Shown here piece after piece: positions 49,715 through 59,719 of a DNA stretch of 64,000 bases. The stretch lies in the IMG/VR virus record IMGVR_UViG_3300025018_000001. One strand, 5' to 3'. Numbering within the stretch: the stretch's first letter is position 1; each line of letters starts with the position of its first letter. The DNA is from a virus (Duplodnaviria > Caudoviricetes). The notes beneath the pieces were generated by a model. The model saw nothing but the letters and a program-made list of their open reading frames with translations, did no database searches and was not told the DNA's origin. The translations under genes and the position numbers were made by a program.

Positions 49715-49767
49715 CATGTGTTGGGTGGTTGTACTTTGTTATAATCACTCAACACGATAAAGAGGGA

Positions 49768-50502
49768 ATGATGGGCGGAATTTTTGGATTTACCTTATTG
49801 AATAATAATAAAATGGGTAAGGATAGTATCATTACTCTAACCACTGAGCTACTAAAAAGTCAGTTAGGTCCTACAGAAGAAATTAATATAGCTATAACAA
49901 CAAGCGAAAACATACACGTAATCAAAACTAATATGTCAATTCCTCGTTTTATAGCTACTAAAGAGTTCAAAGAGTTTATGCACAACGCTCTAAAAGATAT
50001 TACTATATATTCACTAATTGGTAGTTTCAAAGATAAGGTTACATACAAAGAATTCTTAGATTTAAATGATGAGCCTATGGTTACATTTGGTGAGGTAGTA
50101 TGTGTACAAAAAGAAAAAGAATTTACAGACGTAGATTCTGGTGGTGTGGTTGTTGCTGAAATATTTGATAGATATGAATTCGCAATCGACCTAACTACTC
50201 GTATAAAAACTGCAGCTAAGGATGTTAAATTGTATGCGGCTGTACATGCTGCTTACCCATCTTGTCTGTTAATAGCAAAACACACAGCAGACCCGTTGGA
50301 ATTGTGTATGTTCGCACAATATGGTGTGTTTATTTTTTCTTCTATTTCAAAAAGTGTAGACAAGGTTACACAATTGTTGTTGCTTGGTAAACGAGAAACA
50401 GTAGAGATGTTCTCATATCAAGCCTTTTTACTTAATATGAGTACAAATACGTATAAAGTAATAAACTCTTATTCTGGAAATGTAAATTATGCAATTAAAT
50501 GA
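49768..50502 (+). CDS. Degenerate class II (Ntn) glutamine amidotransferase-like protein lacking the N-terminal Cys
   Basis: MGGIFGF start versus MCGIIG in the paralogue at 52280; similar pattern D...V.AE, YA. Confidence 0.55.
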   Translation: MMGGIFGFTLLNNNKMGKDSIITLTTELLKSQLGPTEEINIAITTSENIHVIKTNMSIPRFIATKEFKEFMHNALKDITIYSLIGSFKDKVTYKEFLDLNDEPMVTFGEVVCVQKEKEFTDVDSGGVVVAEIFDRYEFAIDLTTRIKTAAKDVKLYAAVHAAYPSCLLIAKHTADPLELCMFAQYGVFIFSSISKSVDKVTQLLLLGKRETVEMFSYQAFLLNMSTNTYKVINSYSGNVNYAIK

Positions 50503-52258
50503 AAGTTTTCTACTAGGTCATTGTAGAACACCGGGAGTAACCTATGAAGGATTAACAATACCTAAGTTACAACCTGTAATTTTTACAAATGTACCTGGTG
50601 ACTCATGTTATTTTATAAATCAATTCGGGACTAGTAATACAAGACGTCCCTGGGATGTCGGACAAGAAAGAGTTAATAGAATCTTGAAAGGCGATGTAGC
50701 TAGACATAAAGTTTTTTCTAATAGAGAAATTTCTTTTATGTTAGCGTATACAGAAACTAAACAAATCAGTATAAACTTCTTAAGGTCACTTGCAGAAGGG
50801 CATAAAAGATGTACATTTGTACTCACAGGATCACGTCTAAAAACACTTGTTGAGGATATACCTAAACTTGAGAAAGAATTTAAAACATTTTATAGAACTT
50901 ACGAGTACTATGAAGATGCCTCAAGAAGTAATGATAATTATATATTTATGTTATCTATATATGATTTGTCAACAATAGTAGCAAATTTGAAAAATAGGAC
51001 TATCGACGGTTTTGGTTTAGCGATTGAGGTATTAAATAAGTACAATACTTCAAGGTATAAAATGCCTATGCCTAGTTATTCAACATATATGATTTTTACA
51101 AACAACTATGAAGATGTTTATTTCAGAGACTGCGTAGAAATTATAAGATGTTCTCATATCGACTACGGAAATATGTCTGATATGGTTTATCAATTAGTAA
51201 AGTACCAAAAAGACGAGGATTTTATAGGTGCTGTAAGTTTTGAAAAATCTTTAAAACCGCAAATGAAGTTTAAAACACCAAGTAGCGCACGTATTTCAAT
51301 ACAAGAAATGGAAGCACATGAAAAATCTGTTATAAAAGCCAAACAATTGGATTCAGACGCTAAATTCAAGGCACGTATGTCTGCCAAACCTGTGAGAGCG
51401 GAATGGGACCCAGCATTTGATGACTTAGATACTTATGAGTTTAAAACAGTACATGCTAATGATGAGTTTCAACAAGTACCAATACCTGTACCTGCACCTG
51501 TACCTACAACAGATATGGACTTATTAAATGAATCTGAGTATGAAAAATATATGGCTTATGCTAATGATATAACTGCTAAGGCTATTAAAACAGTGACTGC
51601 TAAGGCTATTAAAACAGGCGTGTGTTTTTCTGATGGGGAGTTGGCAGCTCTCCAGAAAACAATTAAGGACGTAGGCCTTGAAGGTACTGTGGATGTTAAA
51701 CGCAAGTCTTCAGATAATACTACTAATGAAATATTACAAGTAGACCCAGATATGTATGGGACTGCTAATTTTATGCCAAAATCTGCGCCGGTTATAGATG
51801 ATGGCCCTGATTGGTGGGGTGCTATAGAAGAAGGTATCTCTGATGTTGCAGCGGTACCGCAGGTAGATAATAAACATGTGACTTCACATAAAGTTGTTAA
51901 AGCTACTAGAAGTGCTGTATCTCCTACAGGAAGGCATAAAAAAGAAGATATGTATAGAATGATGTACAGTGGAGGTGGTGGTAAAAGTAATATAGCTCCC
52001 CAGAAAAAAACTATACTCGACTACGAAGCATATGAGGTAGATGTTATTAATGAGATAGCTGAATCGGTAGAAAAGAAAAAACAACAAAATGTTAAATCAG
52101 GGCAAAAAGTGTATGTTGCTTCAAATAAAGCGCATAAATCAAAACGGAACACCAGTAAAGTAATTAGCACTAGTGCTACTGCTACTGCGACTACCACTTT
52201 TGATACTGAGTACAGTGGTGGCTTTACTACCATTAGTGATACTTTTATAAAATATTAA
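50489..52258 (+). CDS. Large hypothetical protein with low-complexity C-terminal half
   Basis: 589-aa ORF. Confidence 0.75.
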   Translation: MQLNESFLLGHCRTPGVTYEGLTIPKLQPVIFTNVPGDSCYFINQFGTSNTRRPWDVGQERVNRILKGDVARHKVFSNREISFMLAYTETKQISINFLRSLAEGHKRCTFVLTGSRLKTLVEDIPKLEKEFKTFYRTYEYYEDASRSNDNYIFMLSIYDLSTIVANLKNRTIDGFGLAIEVLNKYNTSRYKMPMPSYSTYMIFTNNYEDVYFRDCVEIIRCSHIDYGNMSDMVYQLVKYQKDEDFIGAVSFEKSLKPQMKFKTPSSARISIQEMEAHEKSVIKAKQLDSDAKFKARMSAKPVRAEWDPAFDDLDTYEFKTVHANDEFQQVPIPVPAPVPTTDMDLLNESEYEKYMAYANDITAKAIKTVTAKAIKTGVCFSDGELAALQKTIKDVGLEGTVDVKRKSSDNTTNEILQVDPDMYGTANFMPKSAPVIDDGPDWWGAIEEGISDVAAVPQVDNKHVTSHKVVKATRSAVSPTGRHKKEDMYRMMYSGGGGKSNIAPQKKTILDYEAYEVDVINEIAESVEKKKQQNVKSGQKVYVASNKAHKSKRNTSKVISTSATATATTTFDTEYSGGFTTISDTFIKY

Positions 52259-52279
52259 ACAACGAGAGGAAATTTAAAT

Positions 52280-53983
52280 ATGTGTGGGATTATAGGCGTA
52301 CTGGCTTTAGGTGCGGCAAAAGAGGATCTACGAACAGACGTTATGCGATTTCTATTTACTGAGTTACTTCAGTTGACTGAGGAACGAGGTAAAGACGCCA
52401 CAGGTGTATCAGCACTATTTTCTGATGGTATGTCTTATATACAAAAAGGACCTATAACTGCAACAGAGTTTATAGGTAATTTAGGAGATGAGGAAACCAC
52501 ATATAATAGTTTTCTAAACAATTGTGACTCATATAGTGATGCTAATGAAGCAGAACTGAAATTGTTTATGGGGCATTGTCGAAAAAGTTCGGTTGGTGGT
52601 GCTTTTGATAATGTAAACAACCATCCAATTAAGGTTGGAGAAATTGTTGGTGTACACAACGGCACATTAGAGAATCATAACAAAGTTTTTACTAATCTTG
52701 ATTGTAAGCGTGATGGTGTTGTTGATACAGAAGCTATTATGCGCTTGTTAAATCATTATACCAATTATTGTACAGACCCTTTCACGATAGAAGGTATGGA
52801 AGAGACAGCTAAACGACTTGAAGGGGCGTATAGTGTATTAGCTTATAATGCTAATAACCCCTTTCAAGTTTGTATCATGAGAAAAGAACGCCCATTTGAG
52901 ATTGCCTTAATCAGGGATTATGGTATTATGTTGATTGCTTCGGACAAGGCATTCTTTGTGAAAGCCCTGTATCAATATAATAAATTTGCATATTTGTTTA
53001 ATAACGATTTTAAACCTATTGACGTAGAAGAAGTGGAAGCATTTACACTACCTCTGGATAATGTAGGGATTATTAACTTGAATGTTGATGTAACTGACGA
53101 CACAGTAATTGAAGATCTTATTCTACGTAAAGATGTGTTTAAGTCTGAAAAATTGTGGAGAATGCCAACTAAGACCTATGGTAAAAGAACTACTTATAAT
53201 GGTCACCAACATGTGAACAATAATGTTGGTAAAAAAAACGACATTCAAAACGGAACAAAAGAAACAACAGCAACAACACAAAAAGACGTTCCAGTCAAGG
53301 ACGATTTTAAAGGTAAAGTCTTTTGCAAACGACTTAATGCTTATGTTAACCAAGAGAAAATAGATGAAAATAAATCTGCTGGTCCTAAAGTAGTAAGTAT
53401 TAATGGTGGAAAAGTACAAGATCTGAAACAAGAAGAGCTGATTGACTTTAAAGAAGTAAAAGATCTTACAATAACCGCAAAAGAACAAGCCGTTCCTATT
53501 ATTATGAGTGAGGTAAAAGCAGTGGATGCAACTTTGGCAGAGGCTATGAAAGCAGCAACGGCGCATGAGAATTTTAATACACGTTTCAGTAATAGTAAGG
53601 AAGTTATTGACGCTTTAGATATTAGATCTGAAGATACTTTGGATAGTATCCCAGCTTTTGCGCTTGTTAATAAAACTAAAGATACCGTGTACAAAGAGGC
53701 TTTTGTAGACGGTGCTTTATGGTACAAAGAGACTCATAGTGATGCAGATAATACTGTTGACCCTACCGCAGCTGTACGTATAGCCAAGCACGTTGTAGAG
53801 GTGTTTGGTAATGTTATGTGTCAGTTGGCGAATGGGCGTGAAGAGGATTATGCATCTAAGATATTAATGGAGTTAAAGAAAAAGAATATCACTGAGCTAA
53901 CCTTAGAAAATGTAAGAAGAATATTTTCAAAAGGAGATAAGATATCCTGTAAGGCCCTGGTTGCTTTGGAGGATGTAATATAG
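52280..53983 (+). CDS. Class II (Ntn) glutamine amidotransferase with long C-terminal extension
   Basis: MCGIIG, RGKDATG, GHCR, NNHP, VHNG, VDTE. Confidence 0.9.
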   Translation: MCGIIGVLALGAAKEDLRTDVMRFLFTELLQLTEERGKDATGVSALFSDGMSYIQKGPITATEFIGNLGDEETTYNSFLNNCDSYSDANEAELKLFMGHCRKSSVGGAFDNVNNHPIKVGEIVGVHNGTLENHNKVFTNLDCKRDGVVDTEAIMRLLNHYTNYCTDPFTIEGMEETAKRLEGAYSVLAYNANNPFQVCIMRKERPFEIALIRDYGIMLIASDKAFFVKALYQYNKFAYLFNNDFKPIDVEEVEAFTLPLDNVGIINLNVDVTDDTVIEDLILRKDVFKSEKLWRMPTKTYGKRTTYNGHQHVNNNVGKKNDIQNGTKETTATTQKDVPVKDDFKGKVFCKRLNAYVNQEKIDENKSAGPKVVSINGGKVQDLKQEELIDFKEVKDLTITAKEQAVPIIMSEVKAVDATLAEAMKAATAHENFNTRFSNSKEVIDALDIRSEDTLDSIPAFALVNKTKDTVYKEAFVDGALWYKETHSDADNTVDPTAAVRIAKHVVEVFGNVMCQLANGREEDYASKILMELKKKNITELTLENVRRIFSKGDKISCKALVALEDVI

Positions 53984-53989
53984 ATTAAT

Positions 53990-55318
53990 ATGCCTAAACC
54001 ATTAATTATTATACCTTCCGAGTCAATGGATGGTAATAAAAAACCTGACAGGGATGAGAATGTCCTGCTGAGAATGGCTAAAGCTACTAGAAATAGTGTA
54101 GCACTGGATGATGACAGTGTTACACTATCTGGTATAGCTAAAGATAAAAAACTCAACGTATTCAAAGCGTATACTAAGGATTTAATAAAAGTAAGAGAGT
54201 TTATCCTAAATGATACATTACAATATGATGATTCTTCAAGAGTAGCTTTTGTATCATCAAGGACGTTTAAAGAACTAGGTGGTACAGGCGACTTTTTAGA
54301 TTTAAGTAATATTCAAGCGCCACCTCCGCCACCACTTAAAAAGGTAGAAAAAGAGGTAATTGATAAATTACTTATAGGAACAGATCCAGAACTTCTTCTT
54401 ATGTTACAAGGTAAAGTAGTTAATGCTTCTGGTATTGATGGCTTCGATAAGAAAGCTAAGTTTGGTTCTGATGGTGCTATGGCTGAAATGAGACCAGATC
54501 CTGCTTTATCGGCTGAAGGTCTTGTTGCCAATATACAAAAGATTTTGAATGACCAAAAGCTACAAGAAAAAGTGTCTAAGTATGACTTGATTAGTTCTTG
54601 TTATCATGAAGAAGACGCAAGAGATTATCCAGTTGGAACACATATTCATATTGATAATCCAGCTAAGATTGCACAGTTACCTGTAGAACAAAGATATCGT
54701 TTATTCGCAGTAACAAACAAAATAATGGACGAGTTACTTACTGTACCAGCTGTGCGTTTAGATGGTCAGAAGGGCCATAATAGACGGGCTAAGTGTAGAA
54801 TGAGTACACACAATGGTTATGGTAATGATTATGGTAAAGGTTATGGCTTTTTTGGTGAGTGGCGTGAATGTCATGGTAGGTTAGAACATAGAAGTATGTC
54901 TGGGCTTGTTCTTATGAACCCCGCTGTGGCTAAAGCTGTATTTGGTACGGCGCAGGCTATTGCTGAGGCGGTATATAATGAAGCGCTTCAAAATGATTTG
55001 AATAAAGACTTTATTTTACCAAATGATTTTGATTATAAGAACATATATAAAGCAACCTTCAAAAAATGGGGAGACATACCACTTGCAGAAACTTTAAATT
55101 GTACACTATCTTCAAAAGAAATAGCAACACTGATGGACTCCAGTGATAGAAAAGTTGTATCTACTGGTTATATCAAAAAATGGCTTACTAAAATCAGAAC
55201 TTTATCAACGTATGGTAAATTTTCTGAACATATCGAAGCTTTAGGAGATATACTATCTTCTTCAGATAAAGTTATTGATGGTTTCGATACAAATATTAAA
55301 AACACATGGAAGGATTAA
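53990..55318 (+). CDS. phiEco32-like COOH-NH2 ligase type 2 (copy 3) with extra N-terminal domain
   Basis: IGTDPELLL, DG.MAEMRP, VGTHIHI, YG.FGEWR...LEHRSMS. Confidence 0.85.
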   Translation: MPKPLIIIPSESMDGNKKPDRDENVLLRMAKATRNSVALDDDSVTLSGIAKDKKLNVFKAYTKDLIKVREFILNDTLQYDDSSRVAFVSSRTFKELGGTGDFLDLSNIQAPPPPPLKKVEKEVIDKLLIGTDPELLLMLQGKVVNASGIDGFDKKAKFGSDGAMAEMRPDPALSAEGLVANIQKILNDQKLQEKVSKYDLISSCYHEEDARDYPVGTHIHIDNPAKIAQLPVEQRYRLFAVTNKIMDELLTVPAVRLDGQKGHNRRAKCRMSTHNGYGNDYGKGYGFFGEWRECHGRLEHRSMSGLVLMNPAVAKAVFGTAQAIAEAVYNEALQNDLNKDFILPNDFDYKNIYKATFKKWGDIPLAETLNCTLSSKEIATLMDSSDRKVVSTGYIKKWLTKIRTLSTYGKFSEHIEALGDILSSSDKVIDGFDTNIKNTWKD

Positions 55319-55325
55319 TTAAATT

Positions 55326-56408
55326 ATGAAAAGCACTTATGTATGGTACTCTCCGGCAACTGATGTAACTGGTAAAAAACTTCAAGAAGCTTTAGATGCT
55401 TCCGGCGGAACGGCAAAACCACCTGCTGATAAAACGCATGTTATTTGTTGGGGTACAAAAACAGATGCAGATGTAGTACTAAACAATGGTAAAGTATACA
55501 ATCATCCAAACAAAATTCGTGTTAATCGTAATAAGGTTGGTGCGTTGGGTGCATTGCGCAAAGGTGATGTTAATGTGGCTAATTTCACTGAAAACTTTAA
55601 ACTTGCTGGTAATAAGGAATACCCTTTTCCTTTGGTAGCACGTACTAAATTTCATCAGGGTGGTGCTGGTTTCTGGTTGTGCCTCTCTGCAGCTATGATT
55701 GCACAAGCAGTAAAAGAAGGTGCTCAATATATTCAGACATTCATTGATATTAAAGATGAATATCGTCTCCATGTGGTTGGTGATAATGTTATCTATGGAG
55801 TACGTAAAGTACAACGTGATAATCTTCAGGAAGCTTTTGCTGCACATTACGCGGAATATGTAGATGCCAAAGCAGTGAAGGGTAAAGTCAACCTTGACAA
55901 AGCTACCATGGATTATGTGCTGAAGAAAATTGCGCCTAAACTTGCACCAAGCCCAGATATGATAATTCGTTCTAATACGCGTGGATGGAAGTTCAGCAAA
56001 GTGGCCAATGATAATCTTGATAAAGGGCTTGTAGCTGAAGCAGTTAAAGCAGTTAAAGCACTTGGTCTAGATTATGCCGCAGTAGACTGTTGTATTGATA
56101 CCACTGGTAAAGCGTATGTTATTGAGTGTAACTCTGGTCCTGGCCTCGACGGTACATCTTTTGACGCATGGACTACTGCCTTTAAAGATTTGGTAGCTCC
56201 TCCAAAAGCGGCTGCTAAGAAGGCTGCTGCTGCTCCAATTGAACAGGCGGTTAAAGCTAATGTTGGTGTTGCTGCTGCTAAACTTGGTGGTGCTAATGCT
56301 AAACAACGTCTCAAAGAAAGAGCTGCTTTTCTCGCTCAATTGGCGGAAGTTGCTGATGATGCTGATGCAGAACTCTTGGAAAAATTGTTGAAGAAAGCAA
56401 ATATGTAA
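55326..56408 (+). CDS. ATP-grasp ligase (RimK/YheCD-like, phiEco32-type)
   Basis: VARTKFHQGGAG, YIQTFIDIKDEYRLHV, IRS, LGLDYAAVD, VIECNSGPG. Confidence 0.9.
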   Translation: MKSTYVWYSPATDVTGKKLQEALDASGGTAKPPADKTHVICWGTKTDADVVLNNGKVYNHPNKIRVNRNKVGALGALRKGDVNVANFTENFKLAGNKEYPFPLVARTKFHQGGAGFWLCLSAAMIAQAVKEGAQYIQTFIDIKDEYRLHVVGDNVIYGVRKVQRDNLQEAFAAHYAEYVDAKAVKGKVNLDKATMDYVLKKIAPKLAPSPDMIIRSNTRGWKFSKVANDNLDKGLVAEAVKAVKALGLDYAAVDCCIDTTGKAYVIECNSGPGLDGTSFDAWTTAFKDLVAPPKAAAKKAAAAPIEQAVKANVGVAAAKLGGANAKQRLKERAAFLAQLAEVADDADAELLEKLLKKANM

Positions 56409-56425
56409 TATAAAAGGTGCTTAGT

Positions 56426-56881
56426 ATGGATAAGTTCAAATTTATTATAGATGAGCAAAGTGTAGCTGAACAAATTGCTGACTTGTTGAATACTTATAAT
56501 AAACTAAAAGTTATTCATACTAAGCATACTGTTTTAGCAAACAATATTATATATTTAGTGAAACAAAAATATATAGAGGGTTCACCAAAAATTATTGGTT
56601 GTGTTGGTATAGATAAGATAGACCATTCTATGACAACATTAAGACATCTATGTGTTGATGTAAATCAGCGACAGACAGGTATAGGTTTAGAGTTGCTTAA
56701 TAATGCTCTGGCATATGTTAGTACAAAGTATGTACAAATGCATATAAGACATGATAACCTACCAAGTGTTCATTTAGCTAGTAAACTGGGATTTCTAGTT
56801 GACACTTATGACATTAAAAACGGATATTTCATATTAACAGTAAAAAAGGAAGCCCATGCTGAAACCTATAGAGTACATTGA
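56426..56881 (+). CDS. GNAT acetyltransferase
   Basis: LRHLCVDVNQRQTGIGLELL, N.PSVHLASKLGF. Confidence 0.85.
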   Translation: MDKFKFIIDEQSVAEQIADLLNTYNKLKVIHTKHTVLANNIIYLVKQKYIEGSPKIIGCVGIDKIDHSMTTLRHLCVDVNQRQTGIGLELLNNALAYVSTKYVQMHIRHDNLPSVHLASKLGFLVDTYDIKNGYFILTVKKEAHAETYRVH

Positions 56882-57569
56882 AGTAACACTGGATAAACGA
56901 GGTATTAAACAAAAAGGTTTGTTTCTTCACTATGATGAAACAACCCAAATGATTAGGCTAATTATTGATTGTAACAATACAACTGGATCTTTTTCCTTGA
57001 CATTTGCTCCTATTACAAGTATACTTATTAAAGATTCTGAAAGTACAACAAGTTCTAATTTTAGTCAGGCAGGTGAATCACAAAAACTTGCTATTGAGTT
57101 GATATTAGAAGCGAGTCATCAGTTGAAAAAAGACAATCGTCTTAATGCTTCTGGTTTTGTAAATATTGCATCATATAAAGATGTACCACACACATATAGA
57201 AAAATGGAGATGACAAATTTGCCTGTAGTAACAAATAGTAATAATTTAGTTGGTACAACAAATCACACTACTGTACAGCCACCAAAGATAAACTTTCTTG
57301 TAAGTAAGCCTACATATTATGTTAATAATTTACCGGCTAAAAAGATTGCAATTATCTTTAGAAAATCAGAGTTGCCGACAGATAAAATGCTTAAAACAAT
57401 GAGCAAGAGGGTCAGTGCGGCAAGTCTTGGTACTTATAAAATAAAAGCAAAGCCACTAAGTGAAGTTGATATTGAACCGCCAAAAACAGAAGCGCAAGAA
57501 TACTTAGACGCTTATGGTGGTGATTATGATGATTTTACTTATGCGGGAATGCATGGAAGAATGATGTAA
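56856..57569 (+). CDS. Hypothetical protein
   Basis: AAGGA RBS. Confidence 0.65.
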   Translation: MLKPIEYIEVTLDKRGIKQKGLFLHYDETTQMIRLIIDCNNTTGSFSLTFAPITSILIKDSESTTSSNFSQAGESQKLAIELILEASHQLKKDNRLNASGFVNIASYKDVPHTYRKMEMTNLPVVTNSNNLVGTTNHTTVQPPKINFLVSKPTYYVNNLPAKKIAIIFRKSELPTDKMLKTMSKRVSAASLGTYKIKAKPLSEVDIEPPKTEAQEYLDAYGGDYDDFTYAGMHGRMM

Positions 57570-58552
57570 TGATAATAGGTAATACGAATATAAAAGAGCA
57601 GATTCATGTAGCTTTAGAGTCTGCTCGAAAAAGAAACATGGCGCCACCGCATATGTTAATGTCAGGACATCCTGGTTGTGGTAAAACATCAACTGCCAAA
57701 GAAGTAGCTAAACAATTTGGGACTGACTTTATTTCGTTAATACCTGAAGCATTAAAAGACCAACGTTCTATACTCGACCTTTTGGATTCTTTAAACTTTA
57801 CAGGTTATGATGAGCTTGGTAATAGAGTAGCACCTATCCAACCTACCGTAGTATTTATAGATGAATGTCATAGGATTCCAATGTACGGCCAAGAAAAACT
57901 TGGTATGATAATGGAAAACTTTACTATGGATACTGGTAAAGTAGGAAAAGTTTACTGGGTACCTTATTTCACAGTTATAGGTGCTACTACTCTCGCTGGT
58001 AATATGTCTAAACCTTTTTTAGATAGGTTCAAGTTAAATTTCTTTTTTGAAACCTACAATATAGAGGACTCTATTGACATTGTAAGTTACCATGCAAAAA
58101 GATTAAAAGTACCAATGACTAAAAAAGCTATGGTTGATGTAGCCTCAAGAGGTAGGGGCGTACCTAGAATTATGGTAAAGTATCTAGAAAGATGTAGAGA
58201 TATGATGCTATCTATTGGGAGTGCCATGGTAACAAGTAATTTAAGTAATGCTACTTTTGAAAGTCTTGAAATAGATAAAAGAGGTTTTAATAAAATTGAG
58301 TTAAAAGTTTTACGTGCTTTATATGATTATGATAAACCACTATCATTAGAAAATTTAGTAATGATGACTGGTGAATCAAAACAAACAATACAGAGTGACA
58401 TTGAATCACACTTAATTAAAAATGGTTTGCTTGTAAGATCAGGTAAAGGTAGAACTATAACCCCTTTAGGACGAATGTATCTTGAAGAAGAAGGATATGC
58501 AGGTAGTGGTATGGGTAGAAAAACTATACCCATAAATTATGTCCGGTTGTAG
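57569..58552 (+). CDS. ruvB: Holliday junction branch-migration helicase RuvB
   Basis: IIGNTNIKEQI, GHPGCGKT, FIDECHR, FTVIGATT.AG..SKP..DRF, RG.PR, GR..TPLG. Confidence 0.92.
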   Translation: MIIGNTNIKEQIHVALESARKRNMAPPHMLMSGHPGCGKTSTAKEVAKQFGTDFISLIPEALKDQRSILDLLDSLNFTGYDELGNRVAPIQPTVVFIDECHRIPMYGQEKLGMIMENFTMDTGKVGKVYWVPYFTVIGATTLAGNMSKPFLDRFKLNFFFETYNIEDSIDIVSYHAKRLKVPMTKKAMVDVASRGRGVPRIMVKYLERCRDMMLSIGSAMVTSNLSNATFESLEIDKRGFNKIELKVLRALYDYDKPLSLENLVMMTGESKQTIQSDIESHLIKNGLLVRSGKGRTITPLGRMYLEEEGYAGSGMGRKTIPINYVRL

Positions 58553-58766
58553 TGCAACTATTTGATTTGCTGAGTGTGGTTAAATACGGTTTGTGTGGAG
58601 TGGTTGGGTGTGGATGTGGTGCTACTTGCACTAACAGCACTAACCTAGTATCATCCAAAAAGTAATATGTAATAATCTAAGTAGGATTAGCTTTGCTAAT
58701 GTTGAAAAGTATTACTAATAAGAAAATGAATATCATTATAGCTCAGGCGTAGTAATATTATCTAAG

Positions 58767-58798
58767 AAAACCCTGGTAGATGTAACCAGGTGGGTTTT
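58767..58798 (+). terminator. Hairpin with U-rich 3' side in the intergenic region after ruvB
   Basis: aaaaccc-tggt...acca-g-gtgggtttt. Confidence 0.4.
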
Positions 58799-59054
58799 GT
58801 GGGTCTTTTTTCCTCCTAAAGAAATAAAAACACCTTTGTGCATATGAGTTTTTGCGCATAAAATACTGTCTTCTTTGATTTTTTCTTCTCTACAGCAAGC
58901 AAAAAATCCAACAGATAATAGAGAACCGTTCGAATCGGTTCTATTCATGGACTTTACTTATATGGAGTACCTAGCGACAGGGGGTCAATGTGTCGCGCTT
59001 CAGCCAGTTTTACTAACAACCACTAAAATAAAAAATAACAACGAGGGAAACACT

Positions 59055-59543
59055 ATGAAACCAGAAGCAGCAAAACAACAAGAACTTAATGAAGACGACC
59101 TGAGAAGCTTTAATGAAGATATTAAATACGTTTATTTTGGTCGGCGTAAGGCATCTAACAAACACGATGGTGTTGTGTGTGTAGGATATAAAATTGATAA
59201 GTCGGGTACTGTACTCAGACTCGCTGCTGCCTTTTGTAGCCCTGAAGATATTTTTGAAAAGAGTGAAAGTCGTAAGAGAGTAAATGTACGTATTAACGCT
59301 GGAGCATTTGAAGACCTCGTAAAAGATGTTGCTGAAATTTCTGAAGATAATCCACTCTTCTCCGACATGAAGTACGAAGAGATTATCAGTCTTATTGTCG
59401 CTGCCTTAAATTCTGCTATTCCTCCATTTTGGCGTGCCAATTATAAAACATTCCTTAATAACGCAAAACCTTATCCAAAATTTGCACGTATCCCACTTCC
59501 TTGGTGGTTATCTAATGTTACTTTGGCTTCAGTAAAACAATAG
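59055..59543 (+). CDS. Hypothetical phage protein
   Basis: GAGGG RBS before Met 59055; GVVCVGY...AFCSPEDIF.K pattern. Confidence 0.7.
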   Translation: MKPEAAKQQELNEDDLRSFNEDIKYVYFGRRKASNKHDGVVCVGYKIDKSGTVLRLAAAFCSPEDIFEKSESRKRVNVRINAGAFEDLVKDVAEISEDNPLFSDMKYEEIISLIVAALNSAIPPFWRANYKTFLNNAKPYPKFARIPLPWWLSNVTLASVKQ

Positions 59544-59553
59544 TACTCTTTAA

Positions 59554-59593
59554 TAATACTACATAGGTAAATAAACTAACCTGTGTAGTATTA
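59554..59593. terminator. 15-bp hairpin upstream of tRNA-Leu
   Basis: taatactacataggt / acctgtgtagtatta. Confidence 0.5.
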
Positions 59594-59597
59594 CCAA

Positions 59598-59679
59598 GCA
59601 AGAGTGGTGTAATTGGTAGCCACCCAGGTCTTAGAAGCCTGTGCCTTCGGGTGTGAGAGTTCGAGTCTCTCCTCTTGCA
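59598..59679 (+). tRNA. tRNA-Leu (UAG), CCA not encoded
   Basis: GCAAGAG/CTCTTGC acceptor, CAGGT-CT TAG AA-GCCTG, variable arm, GAGAG-TTCGAGT-CTCTC. Confidence 0.95.
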
Positions 59680-59719
59680 TATAAAACAAATCAAATAAAA
59701 TAATTAAACATGAGGTAGT

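Noticed and set aside
51572-51617. 24-nt-period duplication encoding TAKAIKT twice
   Set aside because: In-frame duplication in a low-complexity protein region
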